Positions 11,801-23,500 of a stretch of DNA of 64,000 bases are shown here, piece by piece. Made by a program: the position numbers and the translations under genes. Positions within the stretch are counted from its first letter, which is position 1, and each line of letters starts with the position of its first letter. The stretch comes from Xylographa opegraphella (lineage: Eukaryota), in assembly GCA_022813865.1 (NCBI GenBank), contig JALDZX010000001.1:124001-188000 (forward strand), in the 5' to 3' direction. Under the pieces are notes generated by a model. The model was not told where the DNA came from and searched no databases. It worked only from the letters and a program-made list of their open reading frames with translations.

Positions 11801-12482
11801 AAAGATTCCTCTTCCTACAGGATCCCTTCAACAGCAGTTAGCCGCTTTCAACGAGCTAGAAGCTACTGTTGCTCGTGATTCACCCCTCGCCACAAATACC
11901 CACGTGGCTGCACAGCTAGCTGCAAACAACGGATTGATGTATGACGGGCCGATTCAAGCACGGCCCCCAAATTCAAAACAGCAATCTTCGTTCGGTGACG
12001 ATACCATATCTAATGTTGATCCTGCGATTAGTGGTAGCTTCAGACAGTCAGACCCGGCAGCTCAGAATGCCGCGAGTGGTGATACCATATCTCAGGCAGG
12101 GCAGTCAAACCCACCAGCTGCGAATGCCCCACCGGGCGCGAATGCTGCAGGTGATGCAGCCTATCCTCTGGCAGGGCAGTCAAACCCACCAGCTGCGAAT
12201 GCCCCACCGGGCGCGAATGCTGCAGGTGATGCAGCCTATCCTCTGGCAGGACAATCGAACCCGCCAGCTGCGAATACCGCGAACACCCCTCCAGCCGCAG
12301 GAGCAAACAAACAAGCACACAAGGTTGCAGTAAATGCAGCAGCAAATCCTTACGCAAACGCAGCTGATGGGGACACGTCACAAAGCCCAGTGGCCGCAGC
12401 AAAACTTGATAAAAAGAATCTTCCAATGGAACATGTGAGGAGAAACTTATGGGAAATTTTAGGAGTGAGTGGTGATGCGTGA
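8892..12482 (+). CDS. Large secreted, Cys-free, His-rich modular polyprotein with putative Kex2/Ste13 sites (KEP-like)
   Basis: Single 1196-codon ORF; signal-peptide-like MKLSVTLASLAYLTPTIVQA; repeated modules separated by KR/RR/EAR sites including KREAEP. Confidence 0.85.
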   Translation: MKLSVTLASLAYLTPTIVQAFPYSYEDGTLDVRAAPEALHHQLTRHHDAEPIEESPDENRPHLIYGKARRDSEFTHETPHDNLNAHGEELLMERHAYPIVNPEANTWPRYRHQGESSKLQQAQKQGKSRQTYQSNHHSSQYNHESQGANSYVPGAKDLHEQSLESTSPVHEEKDTAKAKDLVIPVRPAQNDERVPAKPGHAERDINGAGNQEDVGKVAHETSPPKAKATHFIKGEKDKTKPRNPDFDANLDKVAAVQGKVPVKPAGPVIGPAGPVIKQQHEARDVQNANPHPAHPNHSTHSTHSHKHTTVHEAHHAKATHFVHGEKNAAKPQNPQFRSKLHEVAAKQGRLDVKPTGPPVKPPGGLKHAREARDVTPTTAHIDNHASMGTGIPLASKSAIQEKVAKVLENEFPQYSAKIVQHLKDLQAHEGHIMTKREAEPLAQVSPTSTVSGHHTRAHLPAASRVILEDKVAGVLEHNYPQYSGKIEQHLKELQAHHHQNQVKQQSTRSTEDHGKRAPGAEFVGSSEDEHVQRREVVERHPEPTTPAELKDQQQSSGQSEGRRYAAHLKNQAVLPAASRSVLNEEIASILEEEYPQYSSKIAAHMKAYKAKHAGAPDAYETGKHGLQQQATTAQDVFKPSITGLAKRKVENVMDEDGALSHGWETSKTSYSHLKGTGVSHGAYPNPTWHSLYEEYDLGGDHEPEPPAKNPANELSEWEQYLLNATLHHQLFAPLADGAAHPGGAVPAQAAAPHVGAAPPQAAAPPQAAAPRAGTAPQGEAAPPQAAAPGAGTAPHGAAAANPLNARNVEARGMSSSINSPTTTKSHDFGYFGYSHAPAIPVPEEVMLKQALPLQRLAHEVLQGTATVSGGYHMASASGIVISALEKELPVGPDGKMENMLDLDVSMPAAAIHGPENGRPFRPGVMRPYVRPDAEMPNIPYPGEQTGRSGAPGWLSELVAEDRAVVSSMEPKIPLPTGSLQQQLAAFNELEATVARDSPLATNTHVAAQLAANNGLMYDGPIQARPPNSKQQSSFGDDTISNVDPAISGSFRQSDPAAQNAASGDTISQAGQSNPPAANAPPGANAAGDAAYPLAGQSNPPAANAPPGANAAGDAAYPLAGQSNPPAANTANTPPAAGANKQAHKVAVNAAANPYANAADGDTSQSPVAAAKLDKKNLPMEHVRRNLWEILGVSGDA
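12096..12275 (+). repeat. 75-nt coding tandem repeat (AGQSNPPAANAPPGANAAGDAAYPL x2.4)
   Basis: Identical copies start at 12096 and 12171; a partial third copy starts at 12246. Confidence 0.9.
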
Positions 12483-12837
12483 GTGCTGCTGCTAGCGGAT
12501 CGGAGGATAAAAAGGCATTACATTAGCGACAAGCATTGGGATTGAGGACTAAATTGCAGAAAAAGAGCGTAGTTGATTCGGGGCATGTGTTTATCTTGTT
12601 ACTTATACCGCAATAGGTGCTGGCATCTTGTCCAATAGATATTCAGTGCACGATATATAGATTCGTTCGGCCGAATTTATTGTCCACGTTTCCCTAAATA
12701 TCTGAATAAATTCCTACAGTTGCCGACCTTTCCAGCACAAACTCGAATAGGTTCGGTGCGAATGTCGCGTCCCGCGCAACAACTGACATCATGGCACCCT
12801 CCCCTTTACCATAGACCCTATCGCTCTCTTCAGATAG

Positions 12838-13657
12838 ATGGAGAACCTCTCTCTACAGGAGCTTCCACCATCCGGCGGTCCCAATAATGTCCATCCTCCG
12901 CCCGCCCCACAAGGCGTCCCTCAGCTTCCCCCACAGGTTGGTCATGTTACGGCGAAAGATCTGGAAGAGAGTATTCAATGAATTGCATATAGATGTTCAC
13001 AACGGCCGCCCAGCTGCTGGATCTGACAGATAGTGAGCTCTTGTTACTCCCTTCTACACCGGTATCCTCCCGAGGCTTGCAGCCGGTGCATTCATCTCTT
13101 AGAACACATGGGCTTGGGAGGATCAGCGGATTACCAACTAACGAATCCGTCACAGAGAAACTCCTGCTCGTCCTCCGCGATGGCAGGAAATTGATCGGTG
13201 TGCTAAGGAGCTGGGACCAGTTCGGTAAGTGCAATTGCTCCCGCAGGGTGTCGCCTGGAAGATCAACACCGAACTCGCGTCTAATCGGGCAACCAGCAAA
13301 CCTAGTTCTGCAAGATACCTTCGAGCGCATCTTTGTCAATGATATCTACGCGGATATACCACGCGGGATATTCCTTGTTAGAGGCGAGAACGTGCTGATG
13401 TTGGGAGAGATTGTGAGTCTACTTCCTCCTATTTGTTTTAGACGGGTCACAAAATTCGTCGCTGACTTGGAGTAATAATCTAGGATCTTGACAAGGATGA
13501 CTATATACCAGAGCCGTTCCGCAAGGCCTCGGCGGAAGAGGTGCACTCGCTGACTGTAGCGCGGAAAGCGGAAAGGAAGAAGGACGAGAAAGCAAAGGAG
13601 AAGAGGTTAGGGGCGCTTGGTTTTGAAGTGGAGCACACAGGTGAAGTACTATACTAG
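12838..13657 (+). CDS. LSM1: Sm-like protein Lsm1, multi-exon
   Basis: [14 protein letters not shown] / [30 protein letters not shown] / [22 protein letters not shown]. Confidence 0.93.
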
Positions 13658-13915
13658 GAGGCAACCCCAGATACAAAGCTCGACGTCTGGCGACGACCTG
13701 CGAGTTGAAGCCACCACCAGAAGAGAAGTGGCGAGTGCGGGAAGCAGTAGGATGCAGAATATTGTGAAATGCATTTCCTAGCTGGGGACACAACAAGGTG
13801 AGAAGGTGGGAGATCACTGCTTCAATAGTTCTCAATTTCGGGGCTCTGTATCCTTCACAATCTAAAACATTCGTTCGTTGTTTCTTGTGGAGTCGAATCT
13901 CGCTGCACAATGCTA

Positions 13916-14913
13916 CTATACCAGGGACCTTCGCGGACTTATTCGACCGCATTCTAATGAGCTATTCATGTCAATATATGGTTTTTTCCCCGGTTCTCTT
14001 TTCTTCTTGCGTGCCCAAAACCGACTGTCGACGTCCGCCCAGTCGAGTTTCCATCTATGGATTCCTTCGGCTAAGTCGTCTCTTTCGTTGACTGGAATAT
14101 ATGGTAGGCCTTGAATTTCTAGGATGCGGAGCTTGAGTTTGAGGTATGTCAGCTCGCATTGGTCGTCAGCGAAGTCCTTTTCTCTATTTTTGACGCTGTC
14201 AGCATACGGTCTTGATCTCCAAGCAAATGATGACCTCACAGGTTTCCTAGGTTTGTTTCAAGCTGCATGATCGATTGCGCCCCTTCTTCGGCTTTCGCGA
14301 TCACTACACTGTGGAGATACTAGCAACCAATGTCAGCGTCAATATCGCCGCCTTAAAGGGAGCTTTAATATACCTTAAAATCCTCCTGCCGTTTTCGGAG
14401 TTCCTTGACAAGATACTCAACTCTTTCTAGCACCGATTCTGTGCTTTTCATTCCCTTGATTTCCTCTCGTTCCAGTTCCAGTACTTCCGGCGCATTCAGT
14501 ATCGTCGAGTCTGGTGGAGTCATAGCGGGCCCAATGTTCATCTTTTGTATTAACATATGATCTGAAATTCCAAGACCTGTGTCCTGCCGTGACGTATCTC
14601 GGGATTCTTGCGGCTCGTCCCATGCGAGCAAGTCCTCGACCTCGTCCAGGGCACGATTCAGCGTCACAACAGACTTCCTCGATAATCTTCTCGCCGCAAC
14701 TTTGGCTGTCACTCGTCGCCATCGCTGCAGCAGAAGCATTTGCGGGTCTCTGGAACAACTCGTTGTGGTTGTCGAGCTGGTTGAATATGTGCGAGAGTCT
14801 GATGACGGTGAAACGGCATGCTGTGAATGCGATAGGCTGTGCGATGGGCTGTTGCGAACAGTTGTGGGATTGTAGCTATTCATCATTGTTATAGCCCATG
14901 ACGCAGATGTCAT
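13916..14913 (-). CDS. Fungal hypothetical coiled-coil protein, 3 exons
   Basis: Spliced frame runs ...LRKRQEDFK / YLHSVVIAKAEEGAQSIMQLETNLGNL / EKDFADDQCELTYLKLKLRILEIQ...GIHRWKLDW, with canonical introns. Start uncertain. Confidence 0.7.
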
Positions 14914-15189
14914 CGAATTCTGGACATCAAGCGTCCAGGTGAGCGTGGAGACAATCGGGTACCGTAAGGTCAATGGGACTGCAATGCAAAGTCCTGATAT
15001 GTGGCTGGTGGGCGGAGGGGTAATCCCTGATTCATGGAAATCAGGGTCCAGCGCCCTTGGCGAGAACCTTAAAATCGAGGCTGTGGCTTCACATGCCCCC
15101 GGCCCTCGGCCCGAAACCGGCACGCTAAAACATTGTCTCGATATTTCCGTTAATGATACAGCTTTCAGGTGAGGGAATGCTCGTTAACA

Positions 15190-16999
15190 ATGGCACACGG
15201 TGTAGGTCCTACCAGAGCTACATTCACGCGGTATACTAATGTTCACTCAGATCAGCATACAGCCCTCGCTTGAGCTGGTCACGGAAGTGCTAGCAAAGTA
15301 TAGCGACTCCACTGAAGCTCCTAATATAGTGCCTCTATGCGCCTCGATCTCGGCGGACCTTTTGACGCCGTCGGCAGCATATCTCAAGGTCTCTGCCAAG
15401 TCAGTGGCCTAGTCTGGACCATACTCGACATACCTGCTGAAGACTTCGCAGGTCGAAATCGAACTACTCCTTCCTGTATGAAAGCGCTGCTACAACGGAA
15501 ACAATTGGTCGCTATAGTTTTGTAGGCTCTGGTAATCTCCTTAACTCAGATTGAAATAGAACGCTGCTGACGTCTTTTGTCCTGCAGATCCGCGCAAAGT
15601 CATAAAGACTGGTCCAGGCTATGGTCCTGCAACTGACCCATTGCCTTTACTTGCTGGAGAACTATCACAATACCGGGAAGCTACCATACCAGGACTACTG
15701 CTTCCACCTCTGACGGGCGGCGCAATTGGATATGTTGGATATGACTGCGTCCGATACTTTGAGCCGCGGACGGCGCGGACCATGAAAGATGTCCTTCAAG
15801 TCCCCGAATCGCTTTTTATGCTCTTCGACACCATCATCGCTTTCGACCATTTCTACCAACTCATTAAAGTGATCACCTACCTTCGTATACCTCCATCTGA
15901 GGACCCCTCGGAACTTTCAAGCGCTTACGACCTTGCATCGAAAACACTATCCTCCACTATCTCTGTTCTACTTTCTCCTGAAATCCTTCTCCCGCGACAA
16001 CCTCCCATAATCCCGGACCAGCATTACACGTCCAACATCGGTCAGTCTGGTTATGAGTCTCACGTTTCTACCCTGAAGAGCCACATAATCAAGGGCGACA
16101 TCATTCAAGCCGTCCCATCACAGCGCTTCTCACGTCCAACCTCACTTCACCCCTTCAATATCTATCGTCATCTTCGGACAGTCAATCCCTCCCCCTACCT
16201 CTTCTACTTGGACTGCGGCTCTTCTATGCAATTAGTTGGCGCGTCACCAGAACTTCTGGTCAAGTCAGAAAAAGGCCGTATCATTACGCATCCAATTGCT
16301 GGTACCGTCAAGCGTGGCCAAACACTGGAGGCAGATGCTGAGTTGGCGGAAACACTTCGAAATAGTATCAAAGACAGAGCAGAACACGTTATGCTCGTGG
16401 ACCTTGCCCGTAATGACATTAACCGCGTCTGCGACCCTCTGAGTACCCGTGTCGACCGGCTTATGGTCGTAGAGAAGTTCAGTCATGTACAGCATCTTGT
16501 CAGTCAGGTGAGCGGTATTCTCCGGCAAGGCCAGACGCGCTTCTCTGCGTTTCGGAGCATCTTTCCCGCAGGCACAGTCAGCGGAGCTCCGAAAGTGCGG
16601 GCCATGGAGCTCATCGCTGAGCTCGAGGGCGAGAAACGCGGAGTCTATGCTGGTGCTGTGGGGTATTTTGGCTACGATTCTGTACGAGTGAACGAGGACG
16701 GCACCATGCAAGTGGAGGAGGGAGCGATGGACACATGTATTGCGCTACGGACTATGCTGGTCAAGGACGGTGTAGCATATTTGCAGGCTGGGGGAGGCAT
16801 TGTGTTTGACAGTGACCCGTATGAAGAGTGGCAGGAGACAATGAATAAGCTGGCAAGCAATATCCAGTGTATCAGTGGCGCTGAGGAAATGTACTTGAAT
16901 GGAGAGCGAGAGAGAGGGAATGGTGTAATGGAGAAGTCGCCTCGGAAGGAGGATGAAGCCGATCCAGCAAAGGCACATATAGAGGTAGGCAGTGGGTAA
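15190..16999 (+). CDS. TRP2: Anthranilate synthase component I
   Basis: LLTPSAAYLK, SFLYES, GDIIQAVPSQR, NPSPYLFY, GASPE, KDRAEHVMLVDLARND, FPAGTVSGAPKVRAM, QAGGGIVFDS. Confidence 0.96.
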
Positions 17000-17246
17000 G
17001 AAACTAGTTATCATAAAAGCATTTGTGCCTCAACAGCGACCTAAGCTCATGAAGAACTTGTTCTCGATATTTACTTTATAGGTGTAAGGACCGATTCATG
17101 TCCAATGATCTTAAGTATATGAACTGTACGGGGTGTCCGCGTAATGAATATACTCCGTACAACCTCAAGGATCTGAATAGCAGCGCTCTTAGGGCTAGAA
17201 GAGTGCTTTGCCAAGCATTATCCTTGCCGAATTCGCTAACCACTTT

Positions 17247-17260
17247 ACGCGTGGACGCGT
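17247..17260. promoter_or_regulatory. Tandem MCB (MluI cell-cycle box) elements upstream of RFC5
   Basis: ACGCGT at 17247-17252 and 17255-17260, about 55 bp before the ATG. Confidence 0.6.
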
Positions 17261-17313
17261 TACTCCTTGACCCAGAATGTCTTTCAATCCCAGCCCTTGA
17301 GCATAACTTGTTC

Positions 17314-18638
17314 ATGGCGCTGCTCGTTGACAAACATCGGCCTCGAAGCCTGGACGCTTTGTCTTATCACCCAGAACTGTCTGAAAGGTTAAGAAGCCTA
17401 GTAAGTAATAAGCTGCACTGTATAACCCGTGGCGCATCGCTGAAAATTCCAGGCGCAAAGCGGGGACTTTCCCCACCTACTCGTCTATGGACCATCAGGC
17501 GCTGGGAAGAAGACGAGAATCGTTGCTATTCTGAAAGAATTGTATGGCCCTGGAGTGGAGAAGATCAAGATAGACTCCCGGGTATTTCAGACTACGTCAA
17601 ACCGCAAGCTAGAATTCAACATTGTCGCTTCTGTATATCACCTCGAAATAACGCCATCAGATGTCGGCAATTTTGACAGAGTGGTCATTCAAGACCTTCT
17701 CAAGGAGGTAGCGCAGACGCAGCAGGTAGATCAATCGGCACGGCAACGATTCAAGGTCGTGGTTATCAATGAGGCCGATCATCTTACTCGAGATGCTCAA
17801 GCGGCACTGAGAAGGACGATGGAGAAATACAGCCCGAATCTAAGGCTGATATTGCTGGCAAACAGCACGGCAAACATAATCGCACCCATTCGTTCTAGAA
17901 CTCTATTGGTACGAGTGGCAGCGCCAACAGAGACTGAGATCTGTCAAGTGCTGAAAAGAGTCGGTAACAAAGAAGGATGGTCGGAAGCGGAAGGACTCAA
18001 TAGAAGGGTCGCGAAGGAGAGTGGCAGAAATCTACGGAGGGCTCTGCTTATGTTCGAGGCTGTCCATGCTATAAAGTCAGTTGCTCAAATTGGTCGTGGA
18101 ACACATGTGCTGATAATGAGGTTTCAGTGACAAAGTCGACGATAAGACACCCATCCCACCGCCTGACTGGGAGGCCCTCATTGCACAAATAGCAGATGAG
18201 ATTATGGCGGAGCATTCTCCAGCCAGAATTTTGCAAGTCCGAGCCAAGCTCTACGACCTGATCAGTCATTGCATTCCACCAACGACCATACTCAAAGTAC
18301 GCTGTCTTCGGTTTACCGATATCATGTCGGAAAACTAACGGAGCTATAGACACTGACTTTTAAGCTTATACCATTAATCGACGACGCACTAAAGTCTGAC
18401 GTGATCAAATGGTCGGCATTCTACGAGCATCGGATACGTCTAGGCAGCGTGAGAATTTCCAAGCTCGACAGAGAGTATAAGCTGATGTAACGGCAGAAAC
18501 ATATTTATCATTTGGAAGCCTTTGTCGCAAAATTTATGAGAATTCTGGAGAGGTACGCAGTCACTTTCCTGGAGATATTGGAGTGTGGCTAACGATTTGT
18601 TGAATAGTTACCTAATGGGAATGGAAATGGACATCTGA
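17314..18638 (+). CDS. RFC5: Replication factor C subunit 5
   Basis: MALLVDKHRPRSLD, GDFPHLLVYGPSGAGKKTR, INEADHLTRDAQAALRRTMEKY, HLEAFVAKFM; multiple introns. Confidence 0.96.
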
Positions 18639-18848
18639 CGAAGCAGACTATAGGTGGATGGCTGCCGTTGACTTAATTAGCGGGACATGGGAGGAGGAAC
18701 AGTGGCCGTAACAAGCTTAAGTGCGTCATTTTAAGGTTATCGATCGGTTGAGAACGGTTGAGCTCCGAACTACGAAGCTGGATTCAACAGGGACAATAAA
18801 ATTACTTGACTTCCTTCACATTCTATAGCTCCTTAGATCACCACCGTC

Positions 18849-19370
18849 ATGTCTTCTAGCATGATGGATACCGAGCCCGGTGGAGAGAATACGCAGTAGG
18901 CATCACGCAATATACCATCACTCCTGGCTTCAGACTGATACTTGGATGAGATACGAATCCATTGATACCCAGCAAAAGCCGCATTCGAAAGCAGGTGGAC
19001 AAGTGGGAGGCATGAGCTATGCCTTTTGCAATGCCAATACGGATGATGCTAAAGCCTGTGTTTAGAGGCGGAGACTTCGGTTGATGCGGTGCCTTCCGCG
19101 CAACAACAGGAAAAGGCCGAGCGAGGCGAGAAAACGGCGGAGAACGTCAGGTACGGCGAGGCAATCTCGGAGCACGGCTTCGGAGGAGAAACGACCGGAA
19201 ACAGCGGACAGGCCAACCAAGGTAGGAGGAATGAAAATAGGGCAATGAGGTCGGAGAGCTGATGAAGCGCAGGAGGATATGGCTCGACGGATGCTCAGGA
19301 AGAGACGGAGGATGCTGCGAAGACACGCGAGCAGCAGGGGTATGGATCTGGATCTGGAGTTGGGGCATAA
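18849..19370 (+). CDS. Small hydrophilic Gly/Glu-rich protein, 4 exons; missed by the ORF track
   Basis: Splicing by eye gives MSSSMMDTEPGGENTQYESIDTQQKPHSKA...EKAERGEKTAENVRYGEAISEHGFGGETTGNSGQANQGGYGSTDAQEETEDAAKTREQQGYGSGSGVGA*. Introns have branch-like ctga/ctaa motifs. Confidence 0.75.
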
Positions 19371-19478
19371 CGCAGGGTTCTTGTCGAAATATCGAATTGG
19401 CTGAACACCACATTTCCTGGCACTTTGTATCACCAATACTCACAGAAAATGCGTTGAGCAGATTGGATTAAGGTTTCT

Positions 19479-20271
19479 TCATGGAGGAGTTGTTGCAGGG
19501 AGACGAGCTGCAGTGGCCTCCAAGGGCAATAATATCCGAGGTCTTTTCATATCCTCCAAAGTGACACCTTGTTCGACCTTTGTGATACCCATCACAGGCG
19601 GATCGCCTTTCCTCACAAATTCATATAATCCTGGCAGCGGTCAGCGAACATTTTGGCATTCGAGTACTTCTCTCAATAGCTTACCTGGCATTTTGGCGGC
19701 TGCCAACCTGAAAGCATCCCTCACAATCTGCTCATGTAGCTCACCCTTCAACTCAAATATGATCTTGCTGACCGCCACCCGACTTGCCCAGTAGTCGAAG
19801 CTTCCTTTCCCCTTCCCCATTCTCACCTCGTTTCCACTGGTATATACTCCGATGTTGGCGCAGACCCTCGTAAAAAGCTTGTATTTCATGCCTCGTAGCC
19901 GCTTCTTGATAGTCTCCGCACCGATCTGAAATGATTTCGCAGACACCCGTCTGTCGTGGTCCCGCATCCTCAGGCCGTAATCCCCCCATACCACGGTGGT
20001 GCCGCGGGTGCTACCGCCCGTAGGTACGCGAGGCCGACCTTTGCGGGACTTTGTTTTGTGACCCCTCTTCGGTGCGAGCCAGTCGAGAGCTGGAGGAGTG
20101 GAAGAGAATGCTCGGAAGGTGAGAAGTGGTTGTTGTGGTATAGGTGTGAGGCCTCAAAGAGATATGTTAGTAAGCTAGTAAAGCGGTGAATTTACTCAAC
20201 TTACGGGGTATCGATGGTCGTACGAACAGGCAACTCGACATTGGCCGGCGACAAAATATTCGTGGCTTCAT
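19479..20271 (-). CDS. MRPL16: Mitochondrial ribosomal protein L16
   Basis: KSRKGRPRVPTGGSTRGTTVVWGDYGLRMRD, GNEVRMGKGKGSFDYW, IVRDAFRLAAAKMPG; two introns. Confidence 0.95.
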
Positions 20272-20543
20272 GATGATCGATGCGTATGTTTGACCTGGGA
20301 GATACCTTCAGTTCCTTCTCCTTCGTCCAAGCTTCATTTCGTCGCCAATGTACGCGCTAGGCCGTTTTCGATTGCATCATTGGCCGACCCGCGAAGTGGA
20401 ACGCGTTCGTCCCACGTTGAACTCGTGCTATATGCCACCGCGCCAACGCTCCCATTGACTTTCAGGAGCTCTATTTTCCAGCTTATTCTGGGAGGACAAC
20501 TTGGCTGTGCAATAGTGTGTCTCACGTTTACCATATATATATC
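20272..20543. promoter_or_regulatory. Bidirectional promoter of MRPL16/RFC1 with an MCB box
   Basis: 272-bp divergent gap containing ACGCGT at 20401-20406 and other CGCG cores. Confidence 0.55.
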
Positions 20544-23500
20544 ATGCCTTCTGATATACGGAGCTTCTTTGGGGGCAAAGGGGCGCAGAGTACGGTGTCG
20601 AGTCAGGAGAAGTCGGCACCGATTGTAGAAGTCAGTATTCCTTGCAGAAATATTTCTTCTTGTTCCACTTCTGGTTTTTATGAGTAGTGCACCAGCACCA
20701 TTTATACAGACCCTACATCAGTCGCCTAGCCCTCGATAACGTCACTATCAAGCATGGCCCTGCCTTCCTGCTCTGATAATCATTACGGACCAACCGCTAA
20801 CATGGTGGCTACTTTCTTACAGGCGAAGCCAACAAAATCAAGAGGCCGTCGTATGTTCTGTGCTGTCTCCGGCTCCTGTGGGATCGTCTGACTTTGTCTA
20901 GCAAAAAGAAAAGTGGTTAGTGACAGTGACGATGAAGTGGAAGCGGTCTCGTAATTTGCCCCTTCGTGAAATTCAGAGAAACGTCATTGACATTGTACCA
21001 GAACGAAGAAGGCTACACCCAAGAAAGAACAACCGAGGAAACTCATGTGAGTACTATCCAATATGATCCTGCAGAATCCTGCGCCTAGTGATCTAATATT
21101 GTCCATCTAGAAAGAAGGATTCGCCTAAAGGCGAGGTGACGACTACGTCGGATTACTTTGCTACGAATGGCAAAAGCAAACCAAGCCGCTCTACACTTTC
21201 CAAATCCAAACAATCATCAGACAAAAAGGTCGCAGAAAGCAACGGCATGCCGCAGGTTACCATTCAGACACCGAAAGGGACACCGAAATCAACCCCTAAG
21301 GCGACTCTTAAAGCTTCCGCAAAGGCAAACGCCGAAGCAACCACAAACTCCAGTCGAGGCAGTCGAACGGCTACCCGCAAACGACCTCGGACGAATTACG
21401 GGGAGGACGGGAACAATGACGACGAGAGCGATGTTCCTATCATCAAGGGAGACGACGACTCTGGAGATGATATTTTTGGAGCCGATTACAAGCGCGGTGG
21501 AAGGAAGATGGATGATGCTTATGAAAGTGAAGAGGATGAGGAAGAGCCCATTAAATCTACTCGTCAGGGGAAAAGCAAGGGAGGAATAGCAACTCCAAAG
21601 AAAGTGCAGAGCTCCAAGGTGAAACAAGAACACGAAGCAATGCAAGAGGCCGATGTGGAAGATGACTTCGAAATACCTGATCCCACAGAGAAAGTGACGA
21701 GCAGCAAGTCTATAAATCGTGTAAAAGCTAGCCAAGGTCGGAAGAGGAAGTCTATGGATCTCTCAGATAATGAAGATGAAGGAGACAGCAAATCTGCACC
21801 AAGAAAACATGGGAGTGCTAGAGCAACCCCTGCAAAAAGAGCGAAGACTCCTTCCAAAAAAGAAGCAGTGGAAGACAGTAAGGAAATAAAAGACATCTTC
21901 GATAGCATACCAACAATACGCCCGCCTACACCGCCTCCTCGAGATGGAGATAAAAAATTTGATTTCAAGGGCCATGCAAGTCGAGCACAACCTGCGCCCG
22001 CTGCGGGAAGTAAAGAAATTCCTATAGGAACGGATAACTGTTTAGCTGGCCTCACTTTTGTGTTTACCGGATTGCTGGATGCTCTGGGTCGAGAGGAAGG
22101 ACAGGAGCTTGTCAAAAGATATGGGGGCAAAGTCACTAGCGGCCCCAGCTCGAAGACCAGTTATGTGGTCCTGGGGACCGATGCCGGTCCGAAGAAGCTC
22201 GAAACAATTGCAAAGTACGGTCTTAAGACTATCAATGAAGACGGCCTTTTCCAGCTCATAAGAATGATGCCTGCAAATGGCGGCGACAGTAAGGCAGCTG
22301 GAAAGTTTGAGGAGAAGAAACGGGCGGAGGAAAGAAAAATCTTGGAAGCTGCTGAAGAGATGGAAAGAGAGGAGCAAAAGAGCAAAAAATTGAACGCAGC
22401 TGCAGAGAAATCGAAGGCTGCTGCTGGAGGCAACACAGTCCAAGCGAAAGCGTTGCGTGTGAAAAGCGGAGATGATGTTGATAGTCGCCTTTGGACCGTA
22501 AAGTATGCTCCAACTGCAGCAGGCCAGGTGGTGGGCAACAAGCAACAATTAGAAAAGCTGCAGTCCTGGTTAAGAGCATTTCCTAGAAATGCGAAGATGC
22601 ATTTCAAGATGCCCGGAAAAGATGGGTCTGGAACATATCGAGCTGTAATGATTCATGGTGGTCCTGGCATAGGGAAAACTACTGCGGCTCATCTCGCCGC
22701 GAAACTGGAAGGCTATGACGTTGTTGAGAGCAATGCGAGCGACACTCGAAGCAAGAAACTCGTGGAAGCCGGACTCAGGGGAGTGCTTGACACAACTTCA
22801 CTGCTCGGGTACTTCGCAGGGGATGGCAAGAAGGCAGACGTGGAGAAGAAGAAACTGGTGCTAATCATGGATGAGGTTGACGGTATGTCTGCGGGAGACC
22901 GTGGAGGAGTGGGTGCTCTCGCAGCCGTCTGCAAGAAGACGCGGATTCCAATGATATTGATCTGTAACGACCGCAAGCTACCGAAGATGAAGCCATTCGA
23001 CCGCGTCACATACGAGTTGCCGTTCAGGAAGCCAACGACCGACCAAATTCGGACACGAATTATGACGATCATATTTCGGGAGGGGATGAAGGATTTAATA
23101 CCAACCAGTGTGGTGAATGCATTGATCGAAGGGAGCAGAGCTGATATCCGTCAAATCATCAACATGCTGTCGACTGCCAAGCTTGATCAACAGTCACTGG
23201 ACTTCGACGGCGGCAAGAAGATGTCTAAGGCTTGGGAGAAGCACATCATCCTCAGACCATGGGACATTGTTGGCAAGATTCTCGGAGGCGGGTTGTTTGC
23301 TCCGAACAGCAATTCGACCCTGAATGATAAAATCGAGCTGTACTTCAACGACCATGAATTCAGTTCGCTCATGCTACAAGAGAATTATCTCGGGACGACC
23401 CCCGTGCTTGCACACCCTTATAGCGGTAAAGAGAAGAATTTGAAGAACCTCGAGCTCGCAGACCGAGCAGCCGAGAGCATTAGCGACGGGGATCTTGTCG

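Noticed and set aside
19062..19443. Minus-strand ORFs of 124 and 98 aa
   Set aside because: They are shadows of the spliced plus-strand small gene.
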